Below are positions 8,884 to 17,914 of a stretch of DNA of 40,323 bases, one piece after another. The stretch is taken from contig DXJF01000089.1 in the NCBI GenBank assembly GCA_019057375.1, positions 1 to 40,323 on the forward strand, in the 5' to 3' direction. This DNA is from Candidatus Heimdallarchaeota archaeon (lineage in GTDB: Archaea > Asgardarchaeota > Heimdallarchaeia > Heimdallarchaeales > Heimdallarchaeaceae). Under the pieces are notes generated by a model that made no database searches, had not been told where the DNA came from, and worked only from the letters and a program-made list of their open reading frames with translations. The translations under genes and the position numbers were made by a program. The stretch's first letter is position 1, and every line of letters starts with the position of its first letter.

Positions 8884-8985
8884 TGAGATTAATTAGAAGA
8901 AGAAACATTAATCTCAGTTAAGACACTTCTTCCATCTACAACTTTCAATATCGTTTTATAGAAGTTTGTTAAAATTCTTAACTGA
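8884..8985. repeat. Two overlapping perfect 10-bp inverted repeats in the divergent endA / KaiC-like intergenic region
   Basis: TGAGATTAAT 8884-8893 with ATTAATCTCA 8907-8916; TCAGTTAAGA 8914-8923 with TCTTAACTGA 8976-8985. Confidence 0.7.
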
Positions 8986-8990
8986 AGAGT

Positions 8991-10397
8991 ATGATTGTCT
9001 CAACTGGGATTGAAGAACTCGACAACATGATTGACGGTGGTTTGAGAACTGGTTCTTGTTATGCTATTAAAGGATCAGCAGGTTCAGGTAAAACAGTTCT
9101 TTCACTATATTTGGCACTTGGAGCTCTTAAGAAGGATATTCCTGTATTGTTTATATCAACAGAAGTTGATCCTGAAAAATTGATAATTTATGGAGATTCA
9201 TTTAATATGAATCTTAAATCATATATTAACAAAGGGCTTTTAAGCTTCGAAAAAATGTCTTTAAAACCAAAAGGTACAAGTTTAGTTCAAACAGACAAAT
9301 TTGATCTCTCAGGGATTATAGCTAGAACTCAAAGCAAGATGAAGTCACTAAATGCAAAGCTTGTAATCTTTGATTCCATTTCAGCATTTTTTGCTGAATT
9401 TGCTTATGAAAAAACAGCTAGAAGCAACTTTATGGATTTTATTAGAGAAATCACTGATAAAGAAGCAGTTCTTGTACTAACTTCTGAAACTCAAATGAGT
9501 GATGAGTATTCAACAGTAGAAGAATTCCTTGTTGATGGAGTAATTAAGATTCGAACAGAATTGAAAAACAATCAGATGATAAAGAGAATTTCAGTGCCAA
9601 AACTAAGATCTGCTAAACCAATCAAGTTCGAAAACAGATTTATTATTGACAGAGATGGAGTATCAATTTTACGCTCTGAACAACCTCCAGTGTCTATAAT
9701 AGATGCTGAAAAGATAGGAGTTGAAAAATTAGATCAAATGCTTGGAGGGGGTATTCATGCAGGAAGCGTTGTTCTAATTGAGACAGATGGGGAAACAGAT
9801 TATTTTCCATTATTCCTACAGATTATGTGTTGCAATCTTGACAGGGGTATAGGAGTAATTATTCATTCTAATGTCCATATGTATTCAGCTAGAATAGTAG
9901 AAGAATTCAAGAAAGCTGAATGCGACATTAGCTCCCATCTAAATGAAGGTAATATAGTTTTTATTGATAAATATAATAGATCTGTAACTGCTGTTGAGGC
10001 AAGAGAGATGAGTCAACTGATGACTACAGATGATATGATTTCGGTAACAGTTGAATTAATGGAAGCATTTCAGAAATCAGACCAAAAGGTTATTCTCTTT
10101 GGAGATCTCACTGATGATACAAACATACTCACAGAACCTAATTTCCTGAGATATTTTGCCCTACAATCATTCAATATTAAAGAACAGAATGCAATAGCTT
10201 ATTCTTTTATCAATTTTAATGCCATAAGCAGAGAAATGTTAGCAAGATTACGGAATACAGCTGATACCATCATACGTTTCTCGAGATCTGAGTATACAAC
10301 CTATATTGAATGTCTAAAGAGTTCATCGGGTGCAACATTCTTACCTAAAGTAGTTAAATTTAATGAGAAATGTCCTTTAATTGAAATTCTAGATTAA
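8991..10397 (+). CDS. KaiC/RAD55-like double-domain RecA-superfamily ATPase (second domain lacks Walker A)
   Basis: STGIEELDNMIDGG, Walker A GSAGSGKT, LVIFDSIS, VEEFLVDGVI, KLRS. A second repeat begins IGVEKLDQMLGGGIHAGS but has ETDGETDY at the P-loop position. Confidence 0.85.
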   Translation: MIVSTGIEELDNMIDGGLRTGSCYAIKGSAGSGKTVLSLYLALGALKKDIPVLFISTEVDPEKLIIYGDSFNMNLKSYINKGLLSFEKMSLKPKGTSLVQTDKFDLSGIIARTQSKMKSLNAKLVIFDSISAFFAEFAYEKTARSNFMDFIREITDKEAVLVLTSETQMSDEYSTVEEFLVDGVIKIRTELKNNQMIKRISVPKLRSAKPIKFENRFIIDRDGVSILRSEQPPVSIIDAEKIGVEKLDQMLGGGIHAGSVVLIETDGETDYFPLFLQIMCCNLDRGIGVIIHSNVHMYSARIVEEFKKAECDISSHLNEGNIVFIDKYNRSVTAVEAREMSQLMTTDDMISVTVELMEAFQKSDQKVILFGDLTDDTNILTEPNFLRYFALQSFNIKEQNAIAYSFINFNAISREMLARLRNTADTIIRFSRSEYTTYIECLKSSSGATFLPKVVKFNEKCPLIEILD

Positions 10398-10407
10398 GTG
10401 ATGAGAA

Positions 10408-10671
10408 ATGAGTTTACAAATAATATTCTTCACAAGCCCAACATGCAGCTGGTGTCCTTATCTTGAAGGGATTCTGAGAAATATTATTTCTAATTCTAAA
10501 CAATTATCTTTAGAAGTGATTGATGTAACAGAAAATGTGGAGAAAGCTGCAGAATACCATATTGTTGCAATTCCAACTATTATCTTACCAAACAATCAAA
10601 GAATTATAGGAAGCGTTGACGAAGCGTTCTTACGGAAACAGATGGATCAATTTTTGATTATGATGAGTTAA
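10408..10671 (+). CDS. Small thioredoxin/glutaredoxin-fold protein
   Basis: FTSPTCSWCP (CxxC) and AEYHIVAIPT (cis-Pro loop); 87 aa. Confidence 0.88.
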   Translation: MSLQIIFFTSPTCSWCPYLEGILRNIISNSKQLSLEVIDVTENVEKAAEYHIVAIPTIILPNNQRIIGSVDEAFLRKQMDQFLIMMS

Positions 10672-10702
10672 GATTAAAAACTCTTCATTTATATTCTATA
10701 TT

Positions 10703-12061
10703 ATGAATGAAGCTCTAGAGTTAAAAGAGAGAATTCTTGGAAAGATTTTTTCTGAAGACGCTATTTATGAGATGATTAAAGATTTATGCCTAATGGGAAG
10801 CAGATTTTCTGGAACAGAAAGTGAAAAAGAAGCTCAACAATATATGTTGAATTTCTTAAAATCCCAAGGTATTGATGCTTTTACTCATGAATTTGAGTAT
10901 CAGGGATGGATTAGAGGAGAATGTTCATTTGATATCGAAAGTAGCAAGTTTAAGAAGGAATTTTCAGCAATTTCCTTAGTTTTAGCTCCTTCTACATATG
11001 GTGAAACTGTTGAAGGAAACATAATTGACGGAAAAGGTGGCTCTGAAACCGAGCTAAACCGAATCAAAGATTCAATTTCTGGAAAAATTCTGATGATCAA
11101 TTCAGGTGACACTCTGGAAGGATGGTTGCATAGGAGAATAAAATATGCCAATGCAGTCGACTTTGGAGCTAAAGTGTTTGTCTTTGCCAATCATAATCCT
11201 GGGCAATTGTTTCCAACAGGTTCAGTTAGGTCTAACAGAATAGGAGAGATTCCAGCAATTGGTATTTCGAAGGAAACCTATGAATTGGTCAAGGAAATTA
11301 TAGCTAAAGAAGATTTTGTAAATTGTAAAGTAGAAGTATCGAATGAAACCCCAAGATTAACTTCAAAACATATCATTTGGGAAATCCCTGGTGAAATAAA
11401 AGATGAAGTTATTGTGATTGGTGGGCATTACGATGGTCATGATATCGGGCAAGGAGCTGTTGATAATGCTGCATCCATAGCTGCAATCCTAGAGCTTGCT
11501 CGTTTGTATAAAAGATTTAATTATGTTCCTAAGAGAACTTTGAGATTCATTGCATTTGCTGTTGAAGAATTCGGTGTTGTAGGTTCAACTATTTATGTGA
11601 ATGATACAGATTTATCTGATGTTTTTGCGATGATCAATCTAGATGGACTTGTTGGTCATATACCTAAACACATCACTTGTAGTGGAATTGAAGATTTATA
11701 TGTTAAAATAAATAATTTGAAAGATCAACTGCTGTATGATTCCAAAGTATCAAAGAACATTGTTACAGCAAGTGACAACTATCCCTTCTTTCTGAAAGGA
11801 ATTCCCAATGTTTGTATATTTGGTGAAAAACCTGATCCTCGAGTTGGTAGAGGATATGGTCACACTTCAGCTGATACTTTTGATAAGATAACACGTTTGG
11901 ATGCAAAACTTTCTCTTGCTTTTGCATTTGTTTTCATCGATGTTTTTAGTCGAATAGAAAAATTCCCAAAAAGGTTAAGCGAAAATGAAATTATCAAAAT
12001 ATTGAGAGATGCTAAATTAGAAGATCAATTGAAACTTCTGGAAAAATGGCCATTTAAATAG
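10703..12061 (+). CDS. M28 family metallopeptidase with PA domain
   Basis: GGHYDGHD, GAVDNAAS, FAVEEFG, INLDG, SDNYPF and GHTSADT, with an inserted PA domain; no obvious signal peptide. Confidence 0.88.
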   Translation: MNEALELKERILGKIFSEDAIYEMIKDLCLMGSRFSGTESEKEAQQYMLNFLKSQGIDAFTHEFEYQGWIRGECSFDIESSKFKKEFSAISLVLAPSTYGETVEGNIIDGKGGSETELNRIKDSISGKILMINSGDTLEGWLHRRIKYANAVDFGAKVFVFANHNPGQLFPTGSVRSNRIGEIPAIGISKETYELVKEIIAKEDFVNCKVEVSNETPRLTSKHIIWEIPGEIKDEVIVIGGHYDGHDIGQGAVDNAASIAAILELARLYKRFNYVPKRTLRFIAFAVEEFGVVGSTIYVNDTDLSDVFAMINLDGLVGHIPKHITCSGIEDLYVKINNLKDQLLYDSKVSKNIVTASDNYPFFLKGIPNVCIFGEKPDPRVGRGYGHTSADTFDKITRLDAKLSLAFAFVFIDVFSRIEKFPKRLSENEIIKILRDAKLEDQLKLLEKWPFK

Positions 12062-12062
12062 A

Positions 12063-12704
12063 CTATTTCTCTTTTCTTATTTTTAAAAATAATCTTCCTA
12101 CTTTTTTCATATATGTTTTATATTCTTCACCAAATTTTTCTACTAGAGCTTCTTCCTCATGTCTGGATGTCAAAATGTATCCTGGTATTCCTAACAAGAG
12201 AACAAAGAGATATGGTGAAAAAGCTGCAAAAGATAAACCAATGAAACCAGTAATATACAAGAAGTAAGAGGGGTGTCGAACAATAGTATGACCCCAAGTT
12301 GTGGAGAGTTTTGCTTCTTGTCTAGCTAAATATGCTCCTCTTCCTATTCTCCCTAAACACCCTATTATTAACCCGATTGACATTATTAGAATTCCAAATA
12401 AAATAAAAGGATACTTAATTGTATCAGAAACCTGTTCAATTACAAAAACATTCTTGCCTGAGCTAAGTACAACTATTGGACTGAACAACAAATAGAACCA
12501 GAAAAGAAAAGTAGGTAAAACAACTAATAAACCTTCTAAAGTAGACTTGAAATTAGGTGTTGGGTATGAAGCTTTATCCTTTTTTATCAACATATAAATG
12601 TCAAAAGGAAAATGAGTTAGAATATAGATAGAGATGTAAGTAAGGAAAAAGTAATTTGTAAGTTCTGCTAACTCTATCATCGAATATAGATACAGTATTA
12701 CCAT
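12063..12704 (-). CDS. ICMT/PEMT-family membrane methyltransferase
   Basis: Multiple TM helices, IVRHPSY, and EEEALVEKFGEEYKTYMKKVGRLF. Confidence 0.82.
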   Translation of the reverse strand: MVILYLYSMIELAELTNYFFLTYISIYILTHFPFDIYMLIKKDKASYPTPNFKSTLEGLLVVLPTFLFWFYLLFSPIVVLSSGKNVFVIEQVSDTIKYPFILFGILIMSIGLIIGCLGRIGRGAYLARQEAKLSTTWGHTIVRHPSYFLYITGFIGLSFAAFSPYLFVLLLGIPGYILTSRHEEEALVEKFGEEYKTYMKKVGRLFLKIRKEK

Positions 12705-12722
12705 ATTTGAGTTTATTCAAAT

Positions 12723-14552
12723 TTAATGCATTCTTCTTAGCTTTAATATTATCAATGGTGTAATACTTACTAAACCGATTAGAGCTAGTAGTGTAACTAT
12801 AAAAATCTCCATGTTTGCCTGATTTATTAACTTTCCACCAACTCGATACAAATATGGATCAAAATATGAAAAACCCGCTTCATCCATATATTGAATTGCT
12901 AGATCTAAATCATAAGCATAGGGTTCAAAAGTTGTATCAAACCCATAGCATTTATCAGGCATTGGTAAAATACCTTCAGCAGCTATTCCTTCATAAATTT
13001 GATCAACAATTACTTGTCTTGGGATCGCATGACTTATAGCTTTCCGTATTGCTTTAGCTGCTTGAGAAGATCCAACTGGAGTAAGTTCTCCTGTTCCAAA
13101 CACTGGATGTTTCATATTTATCGCTAATTCTTGATATTGAAGAGTCTTAACCAATTCTCCATATAATGGACCTATATCTTCAAATGTAGCTTTTACATAT
13201 CTAAAATTGGCATCTAGAATATCTGCTGATCCATTAATAAGTGCTGCAATAGCTTGATCTTTAGAAGAACTAAAGAATAGATTCAACTTATCAAGAAATG
13301 GATCTATTGCATTAGAGCAGTTTAGGTCACTCCAATACTGATTCCGTACAAGATTTACTTCAGCATTGTTGTACTTATCTAATTTAAAAGGTCCACAAGA
13401 TTTTACTAAAACATCTTGAACATTTCCTGTTAGAGGGATTTCATTAAAAATTGAATATCCATAAGATGAAATAACAGGCTCTACACTACTCTTGTCAATT
13501 ATTCCAATAGATAATAGCTTTTGAGAGAAAACCCAAAACTCCGACATGTTGAAATTTAATGTATGAGAATCAACTATTTCTATAGATTCATTTGAATCAA
13601 ACCACTTGGTGAGCAAATCAAACTTTCTGGAATTTACTTCTGGAGTCATATGTAGATCATAGGTGTATTTCACGTCCTCTGCTAATACTGGAGAACCATC
13701 ATTAAATTTCGCATTTGGATCTAGATGAACTGTATAATTCTTACCATCAGTACTTAAGCTATAATTCAGTGCAATTGCTGGCTCCCATTCGTGAGTATTT
13801 TGTTTTCTTTGTAATAGAGATCCATACACTGCATTCATCCATTGGTTATCAAAATAAGAGCATCTCTTGAAGTTATTAGGTGCATTCATTTTTTCAGGTA
13901 TTGTATAGTTAATTACATGATCAGAAAGGTCATCCCAATGTTCCGATCTGAATTGTGAAAGAGAAAGCAAGAGACTATCAACACCAATTACATCGTCTCT
14001 AAATGCATATAGCAATCTGGGATAGACTATGCAAATTGAAGGTAAATCTTCATACAGTATTGCTTGCAAATCATGTGCATATTCTATTCGGGTAGAAGAA
14101 TTCATTTCTGTTCTATATTCATATAATATTGTATCAAATGTTGGATTGTAATATTGGTAAAAATTCTTCCCAGATGGTATTTGTCCTTCTATATCAAAAT
14201 AGAGTGTTGGATCCCAATCAAAATCCCAAATATGACTATTGAAAAGGATATCATAACCACCTTCAGCGTAAGTTGGAATATAGTCGAAATCAATTAATGG
14301 ATATTCCCATGTTCGAGGAGCAATGTTATCCATAGTAGTTGATTCAAGGAAGTCAACACCAATACCAAATTTTGGTAATTGGTTTTCTATTAAAAGAGTT
14401 ATTTGATTACTACTTGCATCTCCAAGAGGTGATAACAAGTTGATTGAAAATATCTGTTGAATCTCAGTTTCTTGAGCTTCCATTTCAATGATAGAATATG
14501 GAACAAAAGCTGTAAAGATCAAAAGAAGTATTAGAGCAATTCTTTTCTTCAT
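12723..14552 (-). CDS. ABC-type peptide/nickel solute-binding protein (family 5), apparently circularly permuted, with N-terminal signal and C-terminal TM anchor
   Basis: EPAIALNYSLSTDGKNYTVHL...KFNDGSPVLAEDVKYTY, GPFKL, LVRNQYW, IRKAISHAIPR, YDLDLAIQYMDEAG; the block that is normally C-terminal (GIGV...GYDI...DP...YNPTFD...LYEDLPSI) lies at the N-terminus. Confidence 0.8.
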   Translation of the reverse strand: MKKRIALILLLIFTAFVPYSIIEMEAQETEIQQIFSINLLSPLGDASSNQITLLIENQLPKFGIGVDFLESTTMDNIAPRTWEYPLIDFDYIPTYAEGGYDILFNSHIWDFDWDPTLYFDIEGQIPSGKNFYQYYNPTFDTILYEYRTEMNSSTRIEYAHDLQAILYEDLPSICIVYPRLLYAFRDDVIGVDSLLLSLSQFRSEHWDDLSDHVINYTIPEKMNAPNNFKRCSYFDNQWMNAVYGSLLQRKQNTHEWEPAIALNYSLSTDGKNYTVHLDPNAKFNDGSPVLAEDVKYTYDLHMTPEVNSRKFDLLTKWFDSNESIEIVDSHTLNFNMSEFWVFSQKLLSIGIIDKSSVEPVISSYGYSIFNEIPLTGNVQDVLVKSCGPFKLDKYNNAEVNLVRNQYWSDLNCSNAIDPFLDKLNLFFSSSKDQAIAALINGSADILDANFRYVKATFEDIGPLYGELVKTLQYQELAINMKHPVFGTGELTPVGSSQAAKAIRKAISHAIPRQVIVDQIYEGIAAEGILPMPDKCYGFDTTFEPYAYDLDLAIQYMDEAGFSYFDPYLYRVGGKLINQANMEIFIVTLLALIGLVSITPLIILKLRRMH

Positions 14553-15436
14553 ATGTATGCACCTCTCAATCTCTTCTTTCTAATTATAAATCGAATAAAT
14601 AACACTAAATTAACAGGCAAAAGAAAATATATACAATAACTAAAAATAAAACTTGCAGCAGTTCTTTTTAGATCATCAACTTTGAATATCAACCCAACTT
14701 CATTTGCATTTAGGAATTCAAGTTCCCAATTCCAAATATAGAGTTTATAGAATGTCTTTTTCATAATTTCTAATCTATCGTATTCAAAATTGCTAGTTAC
14801 TCTATCTGGTTGAGTTCCTCTGACCTTAAATTCTATTCTCTCATTTAGTGTATTAGACCATGCTTTTGCAGTACCTACATCATACTTTACTGCAGTAAAA
14901 TCATCTGTAGTTTTGAATGTGGAAGACCAACGATACTCAATTTTTGTTGTTGTATCTTCTTCAAATGATATATTTGAAATAATAAAAATCCTCATTTCTT
15001 CGTCAAGGTAATCCTCCCATTCTGTTGGTTCTAGATAACCTGTTTCATAAAGATTATATGAAGCTTCTATTCCGTTGACTTCAACTTCTATAGTTTCTTC
15101 AAGACCATCGAAAACAGAAGAAAAAGGATTAGCAATCGTATAATAAGCTGTTGCTTCGTTATTATGGACATAATAGATGCCATTAAAATCGACTTTCAGA
15201 TTTGCTGTATATCCTGTTTGGATTTCGAAATTTACAATTGCTTGATCCATCCTAAGAGTATTAGAGACGTTTTCAGGTAAAATTCCACCTGCTAGATAAT
15301 TAGTCCAAGTATCAGGGTCAATAATAACAGGATTAGAGTATGTTGGTTGACAAATCTGTTGAAATGCAATCAGCATGAATAAACTAACAAATAAAATCAA
15401 TAGATACTTTTTCTTTGTTGAAGCAAATACAAGCAC
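14549..15436 (-). CDS. Membrane-anchored exported hypothetical protein, possibly DUF4424-like
   Basis: N-terminal signal/TM and C-terminal TM plus basic tail; YDVGTAKAW loosely resembles the DUF4424 motif; ATGA overlap with the solute-binding protein gene. Confidence 0.6.
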   Translation of the reverse strand: MLVFASTKKKYLLILFVSLFMLIAFQQICQPTYSNPVIIDPDTWTNYLAGGILPENVSNTLRMDQAIVNFEIQTGYTANLKVDFNGIYYVHNNEATAYYTIANPFSSVFDGLEETIEVEVNGIEASYNLYETGYLEPTEWEDYLDEEMRIFIISNISFEEDTTTKIEYRWSSTFKTTDDFTAVKYDVGTAKAWSNTLNERIEFKVRGTQPDRVTSNFEYDRLEIMKKTFYKLYIWNWELEFLNANEVGLIFKVDDLKRTAASFIFSYCIYFLLPVNLVLFIRFIIRKKRLRGAYI

Positions 15437-15613
15437 CTTTAATCTTACTACGATACTCTTCTCTCTTTAAAACGTTTGTTGCGGCATTTTAATCATTAGA
15501 ATTAGAGTAAAGAGAACTGATTTTTCCATCTAAAATTGCTTAATAGGAAAATCTAGTATATTTTAAAATTAAGAATGATTTTTTCTGTAGAATATAGGTC
15601 AATGCTTAGTAAT

Positions 15614-16711
15614 CTAGAATATTTTGAATATATTCACTTTTCTTGAAAAAGCTCTTCTAAGCATCCAAGTGATTATATTTTTTGGTGGTTTTTTCACTTC
15701 CTTAGGTTTTCGATCTATCAGTTTGAGAGCACCTTTTGGACAGACTAAAGAACATATTCCACAGCTAATACATTTCTTATTTACAGCAATTTTCTTATTA
15801 ACTAGCTCCAATGCATTGAATTGGCATCTATCAATACATTTTCCACAGCCTATGCAAGCTTCTTCTTCTACATGCATTACATAATCGGATTTTACAAATG
15901 CTTGAGGTTGTCCCCATTCTACTAAACCTCTTAGTACTCCACAACAACAGGTACAACAATTACAGATATAAGAATGTCCACTTCCCACATTCATTGAAGA
16001 ATGAATTAGTCCAGCTTCTTCTGTTTCTTTCAAAATTTTAAGAGATTCTTCCATGGTTATTGTAGTTGTCTGAAGACTCCCTTCGTATCTATTCTCACCT
16101 TTTGAAAAAACTAGACAAACCTTATCGGGAAATTTACATGAATCACCAATCAATTCCTGCTGTTTCTTACATATACAATCACGTATTCCCCAACTTTTAG
16201 CACTTCTAATCATTTGTTCAGCTTGATTGTAAGGGTGTATTTCCAGTTCTGTTTTGATTACACTATTCACGGGAACGATTCTTTGTATGGCTGGCTTAGT
16301 TGTGAATAAGACTCTTCCTTGAATTTTTTGAATGTAATCTTCAAATAACTCTGCGAATTCAGTGTCCATTCTATGGATTTGTTCCTCATAAATTCCTACC
16401 ACAAAGGGAAGCAGTCCGTATTTCTTTGCTTCACTAGATCTACTGACACGAAGTTGACCTTTGGATTCCATTCTTTCAAGTTTAGATGCAAGCTCATCCT
16501 CAGGAATCTTGAGTCTTTTTGCCATCTTTTCAACTGATTCAGCTTTCACTTTTAGTTTACTTGCTAATTCCGCTTCTTCAGGCTCATAGATCCACTCTAG
16601 AACTCGCAAATGAGAACCATCTGCTACTTCTGGAAAACCATTGGGGATTATATTTAGTACTTTGGAGAGTCTTTGATATGGAGAAACTTGTTTCTTAACT
16701 GCTTTTGTCAA
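15614..16711 (-). CDS. Multi-Cys 4Fe-4S binding protein with N-terminal HTH-like region and C-terminal ferredoxin domain
   Basis: DCICKK...SC...VC, ICNCCTCCCGVL, CIGCGKCIDRCQF, CISCGICSLVCP. Confidence 0.82.
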   Translation of the reverse strand: MTKAVKKQVSPYQRLSKVLNIIPNGFPEVADGSHLRVLEWIYEPEEAELASKLKVKAESVEKMAKRLKIPEDELASKLERMESKGQLRVSRSSEAKKYGLLPFVVGIYEEQIHRMDTEFAELFEDYIQKIQGRVLFTTKPAIQRIVPVNSVIKTELEIHPYNQAEQMIRSAKSWGIRDCICKKQQELIGDSCKFPDKVCLVFSKGENRYEGSLQTTTITMEESLKILKETEEAGLIHSSMNVGSGHSYICNCCTCCCGVLRGLVEWGQPQAFVKSDYVMHVEEEACIGCGKCIDRCQFNALELVNKKIAVNKKCISCGICSLVCPKGALKLIDRKPKEVKKPPKNIITWMLRRAFSRKVNIFKIF

Positions 16712-16912
16712 CCCTCTAGCACCTTGTAGAGTTGAAGAAAATCAACTTATTTAAAAAGAATTACACGACACATGATTAAATATTCAAATGCTGGAATCCT
16801 CCCTTTTGTAATTTAAGAGAGTTTGTAACCTCAATTTATATGTCTTCTTAGTAACTAAAAGAATATATACAAAATACTACTTAATAATTTCAGAAACAAG
16901 TGGGGATTCAAC

Positions 16913-17908
16913 TTGAGTAGTGAGAGTGGCATAAAAAAAATAGAATATCAATGCAATAAATGCCAGAAGCAACGAAACTTAAACATCCCTTCCAGATTAT
17001 TACAAACGGATACACTATCAGCTATCTTAGAATTTGTTGATGTTCACAAATGTGATCAAGATAATCTATCAGCTGTTAAATGTTTTATAGACAGTTCTCT
17101 AACCGTTAGATCACAAGCTCACATAAAATCGACACATTATGGATATGAGACTGACCGAGATTTTTCATCGGTTCCTGATGAAAATGAAATGTATAAATCC
17201 CTTGGCATACCTATCCCCCAAAAAGTTGCTATGACAAAGAAAGTATTTGAAGCTCCTAACTTTGAAAGAATTAATATTACCGGTCTTGAGATAAAAGATA
17301 AAATTCGAAATACTACTTATGTTTTTGAGAAGAGCGAAGAGGGCAAGAAATTTACCATTAAATCAATCTTAGGATTCATTGAATTTCAAGTTTTTATTTC
17401 TGAAAAGGTTACAAATAGAATATTTAGGGAGTGGAAACAACAGTTAAAATCTACCCATGATTCGAGAAAGAAATCTTTTCCATTTACTGGAACTAGAAAG
17501 TGGATTCAACATGCTACAAACATCCTTGAAACCTCAGTTTTTCTCGACGAAGTTGTTTTGAAATTAATTGCTGAATTCATTGATGAAAATATCATTGAGG
17601 AACCTACAGAGAGAAATTTAGTAGAATTGGATCTGTTAGTTAATTCTACAATAGCCTTCCCTAAATCTTCATCTGATGAGTTTAGAAGATTTAATACTGA
17701 ACAAGCTATTCTTTTTAGTGAAATGAGCCCTAATCTAAGAATTCTCTGTAAAGATCTTATGGCATATTTCCTAACTAATCATGAAAAATCAATACTATAT
17801 TCATATAAAGAAATGAATCCAAATCAAAGTTTTAACAAATTTCTTTTTGTGATGAGTCATTTGGTTTATGAACGATTTTTAAAAATCAATAAATTAGAAT
17901 TTGTTTAG
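16913..17908 (+). CDS. Hypothetical protein with N-terminal CxxC...HxC putative Zn-binding domain
   Basis: YQCNKCQ...DVHKCD...CFIDSSLTVR; the same pattern ends the GTPase at 23848-25098. TTG start. Confidence 0.65.
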   Translation: MSSESGIKKIEYQCNKCQKQRNLNIPSRLLQTDTLSAILEFVDVHKCDQDNLSAVKCFIDSSLTVRSQAHIKSTHYGYETDRDFSSVPDENEMYKSLGIPIPQKVAMTKKVFEAPNFERINITGLEIKDKIRNTTYVFEKSEEGKKFTIKSILGFIEFQVFISEKVTNRIFREWKQQLKSTHDSRKKSFPFTGTRKWIQHATNILETSVFLDEVVLKLIAEFIDENIIEEPTERNLVELDLLVNSTIAFPKSSSDEFRRFNTEQAILFSEMSPNLRILCKDLMAYFLTNHEKSILYSYKEMNPNQSFNKFLFVMSHLVYERFLKINKLEFV

Positions 17909-17914
17909 TGATTT

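Noticed and set aside
8991-10397. A true circadian kaiC
   Set aside because: The second domain lacks Walker A and the Ser-Thr phosphosites; no kaiA or bona fide kaiB is visible, so no gene symbol was given.
12063-12704. ICMT-like gene as evidence for prenylation of the local GTPases
   Set aside because: None of the GTPases ends in a CaaX or CC motif, and ICMT/PEMT-family proteins are widespread in prokaryotes.
16849-16859. TTAGT-A-ACTAA palindrome in the 16712-16912 divergent intergenic region
   Set aside because: Only 5-bp AT-rich arms; expected by chance.
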